This document shows positions 61,924 through 64,000 of a DNA stretch of 64,000 bases, in pieces; positions within the stretch are counted from its first letter, which is position 1; each line of letters starts with the position of its first letter. The stretch lies in NCBI GenBank assembly GCA_013003115.1, contig JABDLF010000073.1, positions 9,025 to 73,024 of the forward strand, in the 5' to 3' direction. The DNA comes from Gammaproteobacteria bacterium. GTDB taxonomy: Bacteria > Pseudomonadota > Gammaproteobacteria > Steroidobacterales > JABDLF01. Made by a program: the position numbers and the translations under genes. The notes below the pieces were generated by a model that was not told the origin of the DNA, searched no databases, and saw only the letters and a program-made list of their open reading frames with translations.

Positions 61924-62532
61924 TTACTTTCGGACCCAGGTGCCGCCGTCGTTTTGGTAGTACCACCCGGGCTTTGCATTGGCGACCCAGCGGCGCGCGA
62001 AGGTCGCGCGAATCTCATCTTCCCACTCCGGATGTTCATTTGCGATGGCGATTTCACGGTACAGGGCATCGCGATCGCGATTCTCGTCCGCAACGAGCTG
62101 CCTGACGGTGTTGCGATCCTTCAACGCTACGGCGGTGAGGTCGCGCACAGCAACCATTGCATCGGAAGTGAAGCCTACCGCGCCACTGTCATAGAAAGCC
62201 TCCAGCTGCGGATTGCGCGCCTTCATCGCCGCCTGGATTCTGCGCACGCCGGGCGAAGAGATGTCGAGATTGGCCTGCTGTGCATGGGCCGAAGGTACAA
62301 GCAATTCCAGCAGCCCGCGGGACGCGCGCAAGAGCATTGTTGCACCCGGTGTTCCTGATGCGGCGCTTTCGTTATCGAGCGATCTGCTGCTGTTGCCCTC
62401 GGTGCCAAGGACATCGTTGATGATTTTGTCAGCGGCTTGTTCGGCCGCGGCCGCGGGGAAGTAGACATTGATCGTGACGCATGCGGCCAGCAACAGGCCA
62501 ACCAGCAGTGCCGCGTATTTCGTGGTTCTCAT
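61924..62532 (-). CDS. ydbL: YdbL (DUF1318)-family protein with an N-terminal YnbE-like lipoprotein module (apparent fusion)
   Basis: Lipobox LLLAAC followed by VTINVYFP. An internal signal-peptide-like segment (MLLRASRGLLELLVPSAHAQ) follows, then the DUF1318 body ending KPGWYYQNDGGTWVRK. Start trimmed to the ATG at 62532 (GGAG upstream). Confidence 0.7.
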   Translation of the reverse strand: MRTTKYAALLVGLLLAACVTINVYFPAAAAEQAADKIINDVLGTEGNSSRSLDNESAASGTPGATMLLRASRGLLELLVPSAHAQQANLDISSPGVRRIQAAMKARNPQLEAFYDSGAVGFTSDAMVAVRDLTAVALKDRNTVRQLVADENRDRDALYREIAIANEHPEWEDEIRATFARRWVANAKPGWYYQNDGGTWVRK

Positions 62533-62614
62533 AAAGGGGTACTCCTCTGGGCAACCAGGCATTCAGACTGCCAGTGTTGCTACATGTTCACAATGATTAT
62601 ACGACCAATGGGTA

Positions 62615-64000
62615 TCAGGGGCGGACTGAGGCGCTACTCGCGTTGATGTTACGCAGCTTGGCAACCAGTGTGGGCCAGCTGACACGACTGCGGTAGCCAA
62701 TCACATTTATGCGCGGCAGGCCTTTGCCTTTGACAATGTAGTAGCCGCCGTTGGGTGCCGGAGCGACACCGCTCATACTGCAGATTTCGTCCTCGAGCAC
62801 GCAACTCCAGCCAATTTTATCGTAAGCGAAGTCTTCGAAGAAACGCAGCAGGCCGCGCGACAGAACAGCGGTGGCACCGGCACCCCCGAGGTCCGAGATA
62901 TTTTCAATCGCCTGCTGGCTTATGCGGTGGCGTGAACGGTCATTTGGTGTCGTATAGAGTTTTGCGCCAAAGCTGACTGGCGAGAAACCGAGCATTCGCA
63001 GCTGTTTGAGCTCACCGTCGAGTCGACCTTCCATGTGGCCGAAGCTGAAAGTCGAAGACAATGCGGCGAGGTCAACGGTCCTGATCGTCACATCCGCCGT
63101 AGCCTGCGGGAGCACCCCGAAAGGCTCTGAGATATAGAGGTTATCAATGGTGATGCTGCCGTCGAAAACCTCCGCACTCATCGCACCAGCCACCGTGATT
63201 GCATTGTTCGCAAGGCGCATTCTCGGAATCCGGCCAGACAGGGTGCCCGAAAACGGAGGCCAGCCAAGCGCCCGTGTGAGCGCCCTGAGTCCAATCTGCT
63301 CGATGTCAGCCTCAAACTCGAGGTCCGGCAGGTCAGACTCGCTTGTGGCGAGTTCGAAGCGCGACAATCGAAGTCGGCCGTCAAGCACGGGGATCACGGC
63401 GGGCTCGACCAGCAAAACATTGCCACGACCGGTGTCCAGCGTTAACTTCGCCGCGCCAACGCCAATTTTGTAGACATAGCCGCCTTGCCAGGACAGCAGC
63501 GATCTGCCGATGGCATCGCCTTGCCAGTTGACGTTGCCTTCCAGCCCGTAGAGTGCAAACCGGCCTCGCCTGTCATCCAGGTAAATCTCCGTAAGCCCCA
63601 GCTCCAATGCACGGAGGGTAGGCCCGGAGAAATCGGCCTTAACCTCGATTGCACCGGCTGTTTCGAGGCTGTCAGCGCTCGTCCCGACGAGAAATGGCTG
63701 CAGGTAAACATCGTAGGCGCCTGGCAGCACTGCGCGCCCTGAAGTGACCGCAGCCTGACGAAGTTCGCCATTGCGCCCATCGATAGCGAGCTCGCCTGTA
63801 AACGCGCCGATGCCCGCCTGCTCGGTCTTGAAGTCCACCAGCCAGTCGCCGTCTGCGGGGATGACAACACTGGCGCTGAGTACAAGCGGATTCAGTGCAA
63901 AGTCAATGAACACGGGGAGGAAATATGCCTGGCCCCGGGACTCGCTCAACGTGAGGTCAGCCAGCCAATCCGTGTCATCGCGACGAGCATCGAAGTCAAT
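62615..64000 (-). CDS. ydbH: YdbH-like large AsmA-family envelope protein, C-terminal part (gene runs off the right edge)
   Basis: The reading frame stays open from 64000 with no stop upstream of the track's TTG at 63949. It is a long beta-rich sequence sitting immediately upstream of a ydbL homologue, as in E. coli ydbH-ynbE-ydbL. The family call rests mostly on synteny. Confidence 0.55.
   Translation of the reverse strand: MDFDARRDDTDWLADLTLSESRGQAYFLPVFIDFALNPLVLSASVVIPADGDWLVDFKTEQAGIGAFTGELAIDGRNGELRQAAVTSGRAVLPGAYDVYLQPFLVGTSADSLETAGAIEVKADFSGPTLRALELGLTEIYLDDRRGRFALYGLEGNVNWQGDAIGRSLLSWQGGYVYKIGVGAAKLTLDTGRGNVLLVEPAVIPVLDGRLRLSRFELATSESDLPDLEFEADIEQIGLRALTRALGWPPFSGTLSGRIPRMRLANNAITVAGAMSAEVFDGSITIDNLYISEPFGVLPQATADVTIRTVDLAALSSTFSFGHMEGRLDGELKQLRMLGFSPVSFGAKLYTTPNDRSRHRISQQAIENISDLGGAGATAVLSRGLLRFFEDFAYDKIGWSCVLEDEICSMSGVAPAPNGGYYIVKGKGLPRINVIGYRSRVSWPTLVAKLRNINASSASVRP

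Noticed and set aside
1-64000. Scan for tRNA/rRNA genes, CRISPR arrays, transposases, integrases, phage or toxin-antitoxin modules, and known defence-system hallmarks
   Set aside because: None was recognised. No T-loop-like GGTTCGAATCC-type sequence occurs outside coding frames, there are no spaced repeats, and there are no DDE, tyrosine-recombinase or serine-recombinase motifs. Gene content and Pseudomonas-like synteny argue for a core chromosomal region.

Overview
GC-rich chromosomal segment that looks gammaproteobacterial. It holds about 66 protein genes, both ends cut through genes, and it is tightly packed with many ATGA/TGATG-type overlaps. I saw no rRNA, tRNA, CRISPR array, transposase, integrase or phage genes, so this reads as core genome rather than an island. 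All family calls come from reading motifs in the supplied translations; no HMM or BLAST search was possible. The ORF track extends to the most upstream ATG/GTG/TTG, so I trimmed many starts to the codon with a plausible RBS.

The backbone resembles the Pseudomonas aeruginosa PA0392-PA0413 neighbourhood as I remember it. It runs DUF4426-yggT-proC-yggS (minus), then pilT-pilU plus a third PilU-like ATPase (plus). Next is pyrB-ruvX-yqgE-tonB-like-gshB (minus), then pilG-pilH-pilI-pilJ-chpA-chpC (plus). Other recognisable blocks are:
- a cobalamin riboswitch driving btuB and a PduO-type adenosyltransferase, with a convergent btuF-like gene
- glpQ with a short glpD-like gene, then pepN
- cardiolipin synthase, htpX, a rhomboid protease, threonine synthase and cysZ
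- a ydbH/ydbL envelope locus at the right edge

The candidates most worth a second look are:
1. a three-gene operon of REC-EAL, then a membrane-anchored degenerate GGDEF with an intact RxxD I-site, then a bactofilin (58.8-61.4 kb)
2. an apparent YnbE-YdbL fusion lipoprotein downstream of ydbH (61.9-62.5 kb)
3. a receiver domain joined by one TM helix to a Cys-pair periplasmic domain, start-overlapping pepN (46.8-48.2 kb)
4. a stripped-down Pil-Chp system with no CheR/CheB and a PilJ that has no periplasmic domain
5. a PyrK-like flavin/Fe-S reductase translationally coupled to pyrB, where Pseudomonas carries pyrC'
6. an HExxHxxGxxD membrane protein, an orphan FepC/BtuD-type ATPase and a GNAT in one operon with no permease

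None of these can be called novel without database searches.
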